Below, piece by piece: positions 37,670 through 51,300 of a stretch of 64,000 bases of DNA (position 1 is the first letter of the stretch; the number at the start of each line of letters is the position of its first letter). Where the stretch lies: assembly GCA_045837725.1 (NCBI GenBank), contig JBEWZL010000126.1, positions 62,001 through 126,000 on the forward strand, given 5' to 3'. The notes under the pieces were generated by a model. It did not search any database, was not told the DNA's origin, and saw nothing but the letters and a program-made list of their open reading frames with translations. The DNA is from Vermamoeba vermiformis (lineage: Eukaryota). Both the position numbers and the translations under genes were made by a program.

Positions 37670-40600
37670 TGCACCATTTGTAGCTCCAATAAATTACCGA
37701 TGCAAAAAATTGTTTTCAAATTAACCACAGTTAACATTATCTGTGGATGCTGTCAGCCTTCGACTAAAATTGATGAAACACGTTTTCGAAAACAAGTTTC
37801 AACAAAATTTAATTTATTTTCACCCTAATTATTCCAACAAATGTTCAGTCGTCAAGAGTTCCAATTGTATTCTTCGTTTGCTCGTGTCTATTTATTAGGA
37901 GCCTCAAGTGACGGATCCGATCCAAAGCTCAAGATCAGGTTTGCTATTAAGTTCGTTTATTTAAAATAAGATAGTCTAATACGGGTACTGTTGAAATCTA
38001 AAGGTCGCCAAACAATGATTGAAGGTCTGAACGGTTGTAGTCACGGATCATGTCACGCAATGTCAACAGATTGTGAAGCAGCTTCGATGGCTTGCTGGCG
38101 AACAAGCGAGAGTGATTCAGCACTGTAGTGATTAATTTGATCATTGATTCGTTGTGAGGTCCTGATGGAGGCACCAGATCGTCACGTTCTTCGACGAAAC
38201 CGTTGTGTTTGTCAAGTACTGTTGCACGACACAACGCGTTCCATGTCTCGTGCCATTTGTCGGGAGACAACTCAAGACCAGTCATGGTTTGATCGATGAA
38301 GTCCATCTTCTCCGGAACGACGCTGAGCAGCATCATGAGCGCCGTCTTCTCTGGTTCAGTGTAATTCAGATTGCCGTTCAGCAGTTTGAGCAGTGTGATG
38401 CATCGATGCTCGTCGTTATTTGTGCCGTGCATGTATCGCAAGTGATGGAACTCTACATGAGCATTACCAGGATTAATGTAGTTGATAACTTCATTGGCCT
38501 CGAAGAGCGACACGAGAAGGTAGTAGGTCTTGCTGGTGTTGAATTTGATGACAACATCGATTGGTCAAATGTAGTCCGACAGTGCGTCTGATTGGACCGT
38601 CGACACGAAGTTCTTTGTGACATAAATGTTGCAAATTACGTCATTTCTTTCGAAAACTCTGCTATCACTCCAATTCGCATGTAATTTTGTATCGCTAAAC
38701 AACTCTTTCAAAGGCACCACTCGTGGCAGTTGGATGGCCGTTGAAGCCAGAACGTCGGATATGAACTGAGGATGATTGATTTTAGCAAATGCCCATGATG
38801 CTTCCTTACAAGGAATTGCACTAGCAGGTAACTCGCGTTGTCGCTCTTCTTCAACTTCTTGTTGCAACTCACGTTCGTACTCTTCATTCACACTGCCACA
38901 CACCGCACCACTTTGCCAGTGGGAACAAGTCGGCGAGAATGCTTGATTAGCTTCTCGTAGGGTGATCGAGCCACTTCTGTAAGACTTTGATCTATCTCGC
39001 GACCCAATAACTCGCCCTTTGTTCTTGTTCCATGGTGAGTGATGAAGTCTTTCAAGTTCACGGACTTAAGCGGAATACCATACATGTCTTCTGTTGCAAG
39101 TATTTCTTTGAGCACCACCGCGTTGATTATATCAGATGGTTTGACCGAAGCGTTTTCTCGTAGAAGATTCAGTGCTACATCAGAGGCGTAGTGATGGAAT
39201 CCTTGTGATGCGTAGGTGATGATCGCTTCTTCTTGTGCTTTGATTGTGTTCTCAACGACCCACTCGAGGATATGAACACTCGTTATTGCGTCCTCAGTGA
39301 GTCCTTGATTGTGACCCATTTGTTGAATCTTCATCGTCACTTCCGATGTGCCCCAGAACGTCACATTGTGCAGTCCAACAACGAGCTTTCTCATGCGCAT
39401 GCACGCTTGCATCAGCTTGTCTTTTGTGATACCCGTTGCAACCGTAACGAATGCATGAGACTTTGTTGGGAATGGCAAGTCAGTGCCTCGAGTGTGAATG
39501 TCATCCAAGTATGTGAAGCACGAGTGCTCCAGCGGTCGACTGCTGCTCAGCTGAGTGCTGTTGCCATGTCTATCGATCAATGCCAATCTGTTGGACTCAT
39601 CAAAGAAGATGCCTGTCTGAAAACGAGGACAGATCTCGAGTACTTTCACAACAACTTCACGGTTTGACATGCCTTCGATCAGTGCTCCGCTATCAATCAG
39701 AACATTCCAGTTGTCGTGACTGCACATCTCTTGTAAGATTCTCTCTGACTCGAACTCTTTTGGCAATGACTTGTATTGAGTATTTCTGAACTGTTCGTTG
39801 GTCAGAATATCAATCATTTTGCCATTGGTTGACTCGACGGACGGAAGTGCGATCTGCTTGACATACAACGGAAGAGTATGCTTTGTATCATCAGTTCCTG
39901 AGAAGCCAATAACCTATTCACTTAGTTAGTACGGAGCATTGAAGTACCGTTGAGAAGCAAACCTTATCAGAGCTCTTTGCAAGGTCCCAAGAGTTTGCAA
40001 TGATCTTCTCTGGGAACGACCGCGTGCCCAATGGAAGCACGAAGTTGTCAAGATAGTATGCAACCACTTCAAAGTTGCGACCGAAATATACTGCCAAATG
40101 CTGCAAGAATGTTTAAGAAATCGTAATATGCAGTCTTAGGACTTGTAGAACATACCTCCATCAAGTTGACGTTCTCTACGTTCACTGCTTCGATTTTCTC
40201 GAGCAAAGTGACGTACTTCGCGTTCATAATTGGCCTCGAGATCTTGTACCATGAGCTATAGATCTCTCGCTGTTCGTTGATACCTTTTGTTTTCAGGAAA
40301 TCAAAGCACTCCTTGACTGCTTCTAAGTCAATGCCCGTACTGTGCGCCAAGATTGTAAGCATAATGGCCATGTCAGGTTGACCGAACTCCACTCCATCTG
40401 CTGGCGTATCTTTGCCCTGAATGGAACTGCCATCTGTATTGTTCTGCTATTGTCAATGCCATAATGAATTCGGTGGCGCTTCATGAGTGACGTCTTAAGC
40501 ACCTCGAATGACAACAGTCCACGCAGTACAAGCACAGGGACCTTCAATGACTGGTCTAACAATAGTTTGTTCTTGAACGTGTCGCACCTCTTGTCACCAT

Positions 40601-43600
40601 CGGTAGTATCACGATAGTTGTTCATCACGAAGTCTTTGAGCTGTTGCAGCTCTTCCGAAGACCTTCCTTTTGCAATCATTCGCCACACTGGATCAAGTTG
40701 AAATACGTTGAAAAGTTCTTCTCTGAAAGTACCAAAAAAGCTTTCGTTGATTAATCGAACAGTCGGTAGGGCTTGCGATTCAAGAGAGTGTATGAAAAAA
40801 TCAGCCTTCCGTGTAGTCATGATGTTGTACAAAGCTTCAAGTTTCGCTGGCCCGTCCAGAGCTTTGTCCATGTACTCCTCCGCTATGGCATCTTTGTTCG
40901 TTTGATATAAGTTGGCCATGAAGATGCACCGAATAAGTGCCAAGTGAACGCTCCATCGTGCGCTACCTCCTTCGATTGACTGTTGATCTCCGAGCGTGTA
41001 GATCAGCTGGTACTTGTGACGAAGAATCTCATCACTCTCGTCAAGGAGCTCAAGTATTGGCACATCTATGATACCTACATAATCTTAGAGTTAATACATA
41101 GTGACGAATATAAATTGTAGTTACCTTCGAAGTCTTTCATTGTCAAACCGTAGTTGTGCTTCGAGTGATTGTACTGCCACAAAACCTCACGATATTTGAG
41201 TTGTAAGCTCAAACGATGCTCAGGAGTGGACAATATAATGCCACCATTGATTTTGCATTCTTCCAACTGATTTCGTAGCGCTGTCATAGCATTCTGACCC
41301 AAGTTAACATTGCGGCGGAAAGGGAAGACGTAGATACGCTTGCCAAGCATGTTTCCGAGTGCAAGCTTCAGATAGCTATGAACCTCGTGGAATAGTGACG
41401 CCAATACGTTGACACGAACAAGAGTTTGTCCATTAGCTAACATACTGCACAAGATCGGGACAATCACTTTTGATTTGCCTTCACCCATGTTGAGCTGAAG
41501 AACGATGTTCTTTTCTTCAAGCATCTTCATGGCAATATCCACTTGAATCGATCGAATGCACACTCGTCGCTCCATCTCGAAGATGAGCCATTCAGGGTGT
41601 TGACGCGGACTCCACTCTCGCTTGTCTGAAAGCTCTGCGTACAGTTGCGATTCGAATCCTTGTCTATCACTCGCGTCACTTGTTGAGCACAAATCGTTCA
41701 CGAGCTCAATAACTCTTCCTAGCTTTATCGAGTGCACATGTAGGACGGCAAAGTGCAAAGCCAATTCAGGCAGAACCGTTGTGTCCAGAATACTGGGGTT
41801 CGCAAGTCGACAGTCGCTATCAAGACACCTAATAAGGGACGGGATAATTCGTTGATGGGGCTTCATAAACAAGTTCGTTTTTTGCCACAGCTTGAGCAAC
41901 GGATGTTCAATACTTGTCAGTAATCTTTCCATCTCCGCCCAAATCTCTGCTCGCTTTTGGTCAATATCCCACTTCAATTCAACGTATTTGGCAATATCTG
42001 TGACAATTGTAGGCGTTGGACGCTGCGAATGAAAGTACTTTTGATAACTCTCTTTAAGTTCGCTGACTATCTTTGACTGTATGTCAGTCCCGCTGGGAAT
42101 CAATTGGTTTTGCAATGGGAAATCGACTGACTGCATGTTTGCGTCGTGCGAATCAAGGATTGCTTGAATCTCCTCCAGTCGAGCATTAAGGGCCTGGCGC
42201 TCTTTGATTTTGCTTCTGTCTTTGATAATGGCGTCCAATCGCTCTTGCAAATCCTTTTCCTCGCTTCGTAATGTATTTAAATCATCCACTGATGCTTGGT
42301 CGATCGCTTCGTAGAATTGAGACATTTGTTTCTCAACGAACTCGAATGCACTGCCTTGCTCATTCAGCAAATCCAATTTGATATTTGGATTAGCCAACTT
42401 CACAACTGGCCACGCATAAGAGGGGGAGTACAACGGCCGGAACACTGTTGATTCGATCAAGACAAAACTTGGCACTTCGTAAGTTCTGTTCTTCTTCAAT
42501 TCGTTGGAAAAATCTTGAAATAATCGGCCAATAAATCGTTTGTTGTGTAAGGTACCAAGATCACGCAGGAACTCGGACTTCCAACCCGCATAAAAAGAAC
42601 GGAAAGCATCTTGATGAAAGAAGGCAGTTGGGCGCTGCTTGCCATCCAAGTAGTTATTTGAATAAATGGTCCAAGCTGATTGCGCCTTTTCCCAAAGTTC
42701 GTCATCGGGTATCAGACCCGTGACGTCGTTACTATGCACAGATCCCGTGACGTAGATTGTTTTGCTGTGAGCAAGCTGACGATCAGGGCAACAAAATCCA
42801 GGCGCCATCAATGCACAATACACGCACTTGAGCAAGTCCAGTGATTCGCTCTTCAGCAGGGTGTTGTGCGCCAAAAAGGTCAGGCGAGTAAGGATCTGAT
42901 CTTGAGACAAATCACCGTCGCTAATTTGCTTCATAAACCAGAAGAATAATTCTGCATTGGTCTTCTTTCCAAACTTCAACCACTCTGAAGGAAGCACACC
43001 AACCAACTTTGAAACAGTCGTGTCCTGGGAACAAGGATTAATACTTGAAACTGTCTAAGCTTGTTAATTACCTCTTGAAAGAACTTAGCAATGTTAAATG
43101 TTGATGGTAGCGTTTCCTTTGAGAAAAATATTGATGACACTCTTGCAAAGTACAATCCGTTGCACGCGACCTTGTCATTGGGAGGACAGCGAGTACGTAG
43201 CGCCATTTCGATCTTATCATCCAAGGTACAACCAACTGGCAATGTATGCTTTGATTTGAAATACTGCTTCACACAACGTTGAATAATATTGTGCCATTCA
43301 TTCGGGATAGAAGTTGTACCAGATCGGTGCAAAAACGATACTCGTATAGAATCTTGTACGAGGTTGAAAATTAGCATCTTGATTGCGCACACTATTGGCG
43401 AATCCTCGGGGAATTTCATGAATGAATGTAGCAAGCTAAACTCTGCACTCGTGAAAGGGCTATTCTGCCAACATTGTTGAAGCAATATGAATGCTTGTTG
43501 CAGCCCGGAAGTCTTCGCTAGTGGGTCTGTAGTGCAAGAAGTCTGCAAATAAATCATTGCAAGAACAAGGCGTGCCAATGTAGTGGGTGGAATAAGACGT

Positions 43601-46600
43601 TGATGTACTTCATCAAATTCGTACGGATATATCTTGCCTTCGTACTGAATCAAGACCAAGGGCAGCTTTGTGCTGAGTGAGCTTTGGGGCTTGATGAAAA
43701 AGTATTCGGAGAACAATGGAAAAGTCGGGACGAGCTGTGTAGGGGCGAGTGCGTAGCCAGGATAATCGTCGGAAACAACTTCGCCATTTTCTTGAAGCGT
43801 AAATGTCAAATTACACTGAAGTTGCACTTTGAACTCGTTGATCGCGGACTTCGAAAAAATCAGGTGTTGAACTGGCGTTATCCTTGTGAGCTGGTTGATT
43901 AATTCTTGCAAGTGGCCATCGTACGCGTTCAATAACTGACTCTTCTTTTGATCATTGATAAAGCACTCTCTTGTATCCATATTCATCTCGTAATGAACTG
44001 CTGTTTCGTGAAAATCTATGAACCTGAATTCAATTATACGCCGATTGAAGTCAACCCAATGCGCCATGCGTGTCACAAGTTGTTCTGGCAAGCCTGAGCT
44101 CTGCAGCAACTCTCTTGGCAGTAGCGTGTATTCTCGATCACCTCGTCGCTCCTGGATTAACGGATATTGATTCCACAAGCCAAATTTGAATTTTCGATCT
44201 CCGTGTGATGTGACGTATTCGTTATCTACGCGCTGAACAATGAAACTGGCGTTCTTCATAACTTGTTGGTAGAGAGGCTTTTGTACGATCGCAGAAGGCA
44301 GCTCTGAGACTGTCAGTCCATCGCAAAGAATTAAGCCAGAGATCGGATTGATCATATAAGGACCACTTGAGTACCAATCTAGGAGTTTGCCATTCTCATC
44401 TACTCTTTCCCACACCATATCTTCCTTAAGGTCAATACCGACCTTTGCAATCATTCGGTGCAGCATCGACGGGTGGCAAGCAATGAGCTTGTGAATGTCA
44501 ATCGAGTGATTGAATATATGAGTGTCTACTAGCGCAAGCAAATTGGTGATTTCCGTTGGAATTCGACTCCCACATACGCTCTTCAATCTTGACAACTCGG
44601 AGCGGTACTGCAAGTCTTTTTCCGTCACTCCTAATGATCCAAGCAATAAATACGAGTAGAACTGAATAAGCAACCATCTCCACTTTGCTAGGTCTTCTGC
44701 CTTCTTTGTAGACTCGATGATTGCTTGCTCTACTTCTTCGATCCACTCGTGAATAGTGTTGCATACTTCATTAAGCAGCTGACTAAACTCGGCACGATAA
44801 CCAAATTGCAGGGTAAACGTTGAAATCTCTATGATTAGCCGCATTATTGCGTGTGACTGCCAATTCGGCCGAATTTCAGCGTGCTTTGCCAACAGTAACT
44901 GGTGAAGTCGATGAAGCCAAGTGTCGGTGAACAAATCACGTTTCCAGCTCCATTTGCATTCTGTGCTGTCTAAAGTTGGGCCCATTTCGAACAGCACTCG
45001 TTGAGTCAAGATCAAGAAGTCATCACTCTTTAACTGTTCGGATGCGGATTCAATCATCATAATAAGCTCTCTAATTTGCAAATTGGGTGGTGCACGGACT
45101 CTTCCAAAGCCAATGAAATCTCTCTTGCCCATAACTGGCATTTCATGTTGTGATGCTAACACCATGTTCTCTGTGTGACACGCGTTGCTCATCCAATTGA
45201 GATTGCGCAGAGAGCCAGTCAGCTCATATTGGTACTTTGCCAGGTCGTATTGGAACGAAGAAATAGAATTGTTGTCAATAGCGATGGAGCGAATATCGAA
45301 ATCAGGATAAATGTCATTGACAGTAAACGCTGAAGTGTTCTTGAAATGTGAATCGGATTCAAGAGTCTTGCGGTGGCTAATCAATGATACGGGCGAATTT
45401 TCCAGCGGTGGCAACTGAATGTCTTTCGCAAATGCCCAGTCAACACAATCTTGGCTGCTCCGGCTAGTCACTGGGTTGAGCTTGATGTCGTGAAGCGTAT
45501 AGGCTTTAAGAACAATAGCTCCATAAGACTTGAGAACCTCGGGTAGACACGCGAAGAAGATCACTTCTTTGGCGATTTGATCGTCAGTGGGCAGTGGGTG
45601 CTTGACTTGAGTAGGAGTAGCCAAAAGTGTCGATCGACGTCTACACCTGCCGCACTTGCCCTTCAAATAACCATTCCGCGTGTAAGTGCAACTACACGGT
45701 TGGTACTTCAAGGCTTTATACTCTTCTTCAGCCTCGTCGAGTTCTTTCTTACGGGCAGCAGTTCGTACTTGCTCTTGCTCTCTCTCTGCCACCAAACAAC
45801 TCTGCATCTCCGTTCCTTCAGTTGAATCAAAGTACTTGACGGCAAAGCGTTGTGTAGCGTCTGGCGCAGTATAATCGAACAAGCCTGGACTGGTTCCGAA
45901 AGAATTCTTGCGGGCAATCAAATTGGCTGCAGTTTGCATCAACGACCGCTCTCTAAAGGTTAAGTTTTCTAACAGGGTGACCGGAAGTGCCATGCCAACA
46001 TTTGCAAACAAGTCAGGCCATCTTCTTCGAGCAACATGATCAATTAATGCGATTAAGCACCATAAAGCCAAGACTTCGCGACTTCTTCTTTCAGGGGATT
46101 GGCTCTTGAATGTCGGAATCAATGTAGCGTACTCTTCTGCTAAAGTTCGAAGATTGGCTGCCCAGTTGTCAAGATCCGCTATATCCTCTTCGCACATGCA
46201 ATTGAATAGTCGATAGATGAAGTTTTCCGTCCCGTGCAACATAGAGCAGGCCGTAAACATTGCTAAGTCATACTTTTGCTTCTTTATGGCAAGTTTCGCT
46301 TGCTTAAGTTGCTCGGAGATAGAGCGCAGTAAATCCAGTGCGGTGCTCGCATCGATTGATTCGACGAATGAAATCGGGCTGACGTGCGCAGAGATATCCT
46401 CCTTGAGAGCCGCGAGCTCCACATTCGATCCCTTTTGCAGCGATTGCAAGTCAGAGTCAGGCAAGTAAAATCGACCTTGATAAACAGTTAGAATGGAATG
46501 TCCGGAAGATAATACCGAATAACAATCTTACCAGACACCTTCTGCAAGCTGAGACTCTTTGGCAAGATGTTCTCAGTCTCTTTTTGCTTTACTATCGACG

Positions 46601-48334
46601 GAAGTAAGCCATCAACCTGCTGCTGGACAGCTTCACACTTTTCGGCGACTAGCGTGACCATCTTCTCCATCGCAGCGCCCATTGCTAGCAACTTGCGTGC
46701 TCTCAAGCTGATTCGTTGAAGCATCTCCACTTGCTTATTGACTATGGTGGCAGTAGGGACACCATTATGCTCGGCGTACTGGCCTAACAGCCACGTTTTG
46801 AACCCGAGCTGCAAGACCTTGTATTGCTCCAATGAGAAGCCATACCATCGCTGAGCTAGTGCAGTAGTGAATCGTATAGAGTTCCAGTGAACGGATCTGC
46901 GCCACGGCACTCCTTGACCGATGAATTTGCTTTGCGAGCTGACGGTCTTCGTTGAGCTGATCGACTCGCCAACGGTTATTGTAGTCTTTGATAGCTCCGG
47001 CAACAACCACTCGATGATATATGTAGGTGTTGGTGGTTTTCGATTATCAGGAAGTTGACTCGCGCGCCCGTTGCCTAATGGAAAGACTCCGGGAAAATCC
47101 GCAACTGATCCGATCTGAAGATCAGCCATCATGGTTAGCCATCTTTTAGTAACACCTGTCCTCGTGACTCGGAATATAGTCTTTGGCAGTGCTATACGCC
47201 ATGAACGGGTGTAGCCACTCTCCTTGATCGGTTCCGCGGAGGAAAAGCTAGTGCGGCGTAGCTCCATCGGCACAAACAGCAGGTCGCTTGAGTCTTCGTC
47301 AGGGAGAACCACAATGTCGCACGAATGGCTGGGAAAATGGAGGACAAGGAAGTTGCCTAGTATGAGAATCAGTACTCCGCAATGTCAATTGTGTTTTACT
47401 GACCACTCTCCAAAGAATCAAGAGCAGCTTGTGTATTTGCAACTACGTCTTCCAAAGATTTGCTCTCGTAAGCTTTGCAAATTTTTAACGAGCTTCCCAA
47501 GCTATTCAGTAGGGAAGAAACATAGGTGGGATCTAATCCGGGTAGTTTTTTGACCAGATCTGAGGTGAGGAACCCAATGTATGTTTCTAAATACAATGAG
47601 AATGGTGCATCTTTTTCGTAGTCAGGTTTGACGAAGAGAGGAAATACATTCAGATAGACGTCTATTAATTTAAAACATATCCCTTTTCAGCCGGCCAATG
47701 TTTTTAGATAAAAATTATACAAAAATTCAGGACCGTTGATTTTTGGTAATCGCCAGAAGAGACTGTAGTACAAAAAAAGGTACAATTTTGTTGGGTGATG
47801 TCCATTGACAGTGCGCCACACCCCTGAGTAGATCCGGATCGGCCCCAGATCCGATCCACTTCCCCCAGCTCATTTCTTTGTATTATTAATAAAAAATGAT
47901 TAATCACAATACAATACTTGGTTGAGCAAGCACATGTATTCATAGGGAGGAATTTGGCCGGGCCCTAACCCATCCAAGTGTCGAAGTCACGTTGAGGTGA
48001 CTGACACGACCAAAACCATGTGATTCATCAATAGAAAGGTCGCAGGCATCAAGGCGACACCCCTCCATAAAGGAGACCGTACAACAAAAGAGTGTCCGCT
48101 ACGGCAAGTGACAAGTCACTTTCTAGCCCATCCAACTCAGTGCCAGTGAGAGTGCTGTTCCGAACCAGTGGTGTTGCCGAGGCAACACGACCTCCAGACC
48201 ATACTCTGACCCACATCGTCGAGAATCAGCGCGTAACTTTCTCATTGTAGCGGCGCTAAGGCTTCACCCTTAGACGCCGGATGTATTACAAACAGTATTT
48301 ATTATACTACCTACAGCAAGTTTGTTAACAAATT

Positions 48335-51300
48335 CTATAGTTTAAGCTTACGACAAACGGGTTTGTGTGTGTTCTTACAAGTACTGCACAGAAAAATTGG
48401 TCTTTTTTTGTCGGAGCTGCATTTCCAACATACTGTGCTAATTTGCTTTCGTTTACGTGGGTTGCACGTTAGGCAAAAACCATTGACTCGTCTTTCAAAG
48501 ACATCTTCGCTCTGAACTCGCACATGAGAAGAGAGACTTTTTGATTTCAGATCTTTTGCGACAATTATTCTTCGGGTTCTGAGAGATCTGTGTCTAGTTA
48601 ACGGAGATGCATTTTTCTTGTTGCGTGCAGACTGCTCTTGACTAAGTTCATCCTTTAAAATTTGCAAGAAATCTCGAAATTGATCTTCGTCATTGTTCTG
48701 AACTTTCTTATAGTAGCGATAGCACTGGTATGAATTCCAAGTGATTATATTTATAATATTTTCCCATACTACTTGTGTCCATTTTGTTAATCTGAACGGC
48801 CAATCAAACGTATGAATTTGTCTTGCCGCCTCGTCGACAAATCCTTTGGTCTTTGTGTATTCTTGGACAATAAGTGGCTTTGTACTCTGCATTTACAACT
48901 AAATTAGTAACTTAATGACGCAAGCATAAGAAGCTTACTGCAGTCGACGGTACTCCTTGACACAGATCTGTTGCGGCTGATGACGCTGCAATGAAATTAG
49001 ATAAACACTTTGATTAATATTGAACTAACCATCGACGTAATTGGAATAGAGATTCATAATTGCATTGTTATCGCGGAAAGAGTGAGCAATAATCGGACCA
49101 GCAGTGCCTTCTTTTTCAAACGTCAAGTGTTGCCCTGGTTCTTGTAGAGGATTTTGCAAAGTACCAAATATATATGAAGGAGCATTTTTCTTTGCCGACA
49201 ACAAGAATTTAATGCCTTGTTCATCCAAAATAGTAGCCGTCTCTTCCGCACCCCATTTGCTATCTGTTATAATCACGTGGCCAGGCTTGTGATTGTTCAA
49301 TTTCTCGGCTAGCTCTAACAGCTGATATTTAGGAGGCAGACATAGACCCAAGAATATATCGAAGTCCCAAATGTAGTAAGATTCATCGGCGGCCAAGTAG
49401 AGTAAGACACCGTTTGGATGTGGCTTGCTTGGAATGAATTGCTGAGTTACGTTAGTTAAAATGTATTATCTAACGATAACAAGTACTTACTCGGGCATAA
49501 AAGCGGCCCAAAAACGGCAAGATGGTTTCATCAAAGGTAATTTTTTGAGATGGAGACCAATTTTTTTGGCATCGTTGAGCTACTTCTTGAGTAACTTTGT
49601 CAATATCAAAGTGGAAATAATGCATAATCTGTTCGAATCGATCTCGGCCCATTTTTGACGATATCCATTCGTTGCCATACAAGGGATCTTTGATAGTCCA
49701 GTAATCTCTGAGGCGACGACCTTTAACACAACGACTTGCGATCCCAATGGCAATGAATATATCAAATTCTGGCAGCGTAAGTGGTTTCCAATTTGTTCTT
49801 TGCTTTTGAAAAGTAACTTTGTCTTCTTCGGAAGGTTCAAACTCGGTACTAAAATATTCTTCCAAATGCTTTACGTTTGAAACCCAACTTGGTACCGTTA
49901 GCAATCCTAATTGTGATCAGAATGTTTGTTTTCTCGTTAGCTTATGTAATATTTACCTTTGTATTTTTGTTGCATTTTCTCGGCCCAAAGTTTGAGCTGT
50001 GCAGTTTTGTTCAAACGCCATGTTTTTCGTTCTTGCATAACTTCAGAAAATGAAAGACTGGCATAACGGTTTATATCTTCGACCATCTGTAAACGGGTTT
50101 GCTCTGCGGTATTCATTAATTCTGAGAATATTCAACGCTCGAATGAATGATACGTACCAGGCAAAAAGCGCGAAAAGATGCTAGTGTTGGTCATAGGCTG
50201 CTTATTGGTGGGCCCGCTATCCAACGTACAAAAGGAGGTACGAACAAAACCTTTACTTGTTTTATCTCGTATTTGCCAACCTTGATTGGATAGTGCATGC
50301 GGAGATTGGAAGTACTTATTCATTATTAATAGTGCATTTGCCCGAATGTCCGACTCGCATATCCAATTTGTTTGCACCTTCTTATTTTTCCAATCGATGA
50401 GCCATTCCCATAGATCCTAGCCAAAATAAGACAACCATTCGATTATCTCGCATACATACATTATGGAAGCGTACTTTGTAAATGCACTTGATTTGCTCAA
50501 GAGCTATTTTGCTTCCCGGTGCCACTTTATCCACCATAAGGAGATCGTCGGTTACAGCCTTAACAACAATATGCGAGTCTGGCAGCTGCCACTCCTTATC
50601 TATCGAAGGTGTCTGAAGCTTTGGTTGGCCTTTTTCCAATTGCTTGGGTTCTTAACGGTGCATTAGAATTAAATTAGCCGCGTTGCACTTACTTTTTTTA
50701 GGAGGAGCAATTAAGTTGTCTTCTGTTTCCAACAGGTCGCAAGCGACACTGATTTTACGTTTCCTTGTTTGCATCGTACAGGAAGCAGGAACGGCAGTCT
50801 TCAACGGAAATTGAATGCCGACTTCGGCTTGTTTAATGTAAACCACTGCACTGGCGGAGCGAACACCACCGCTTAACTGCGAAAGAATAGCAACACGCTC
50901 CTACTTGACATTTAGTCCGAGATCGCTTGTTGGAAAAAACATACCCGTGTAACTTTAGCATCATTATAATTGTTCCAATGTAAAGCACAGCGTTCGTTGA
51001 CAACAACTCCATAATGTCCATTATTGCGAGTTTTTCCATCGTGCCAAATTACACCATAAAGTAGGTACAAAGTTCCTTCAAAGTGAACGGATGTTTCGAT
51101 TGTCAAACGTCGAACTTGCTTGTGTTCATCGAGCTCGGAGAAACGATTGATTCGAATCAATAACAGTTTTGGGTGGTTCAACACCTGTTTGCGTAATTGG
51201 CAATCCTTTTTATCATTAGATCGAGTACTTCGTTAACAAACATTGATAATAATTACCTTTGCTTGATATTCTACCACTTCCGGAGCAAAAAAATCGTCAA

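Noticed and set aside
37379-38567. TGA recoding (alternative genetic code or selenocysteine) to explain the in-frame TGAs in both DUF3638 copies
   Set aside because: The TGAs align to Leu and Arg in the other paralog, not to a consistent residue, and TGA is a real terminator elsewhere (14803, 24672, 56231).
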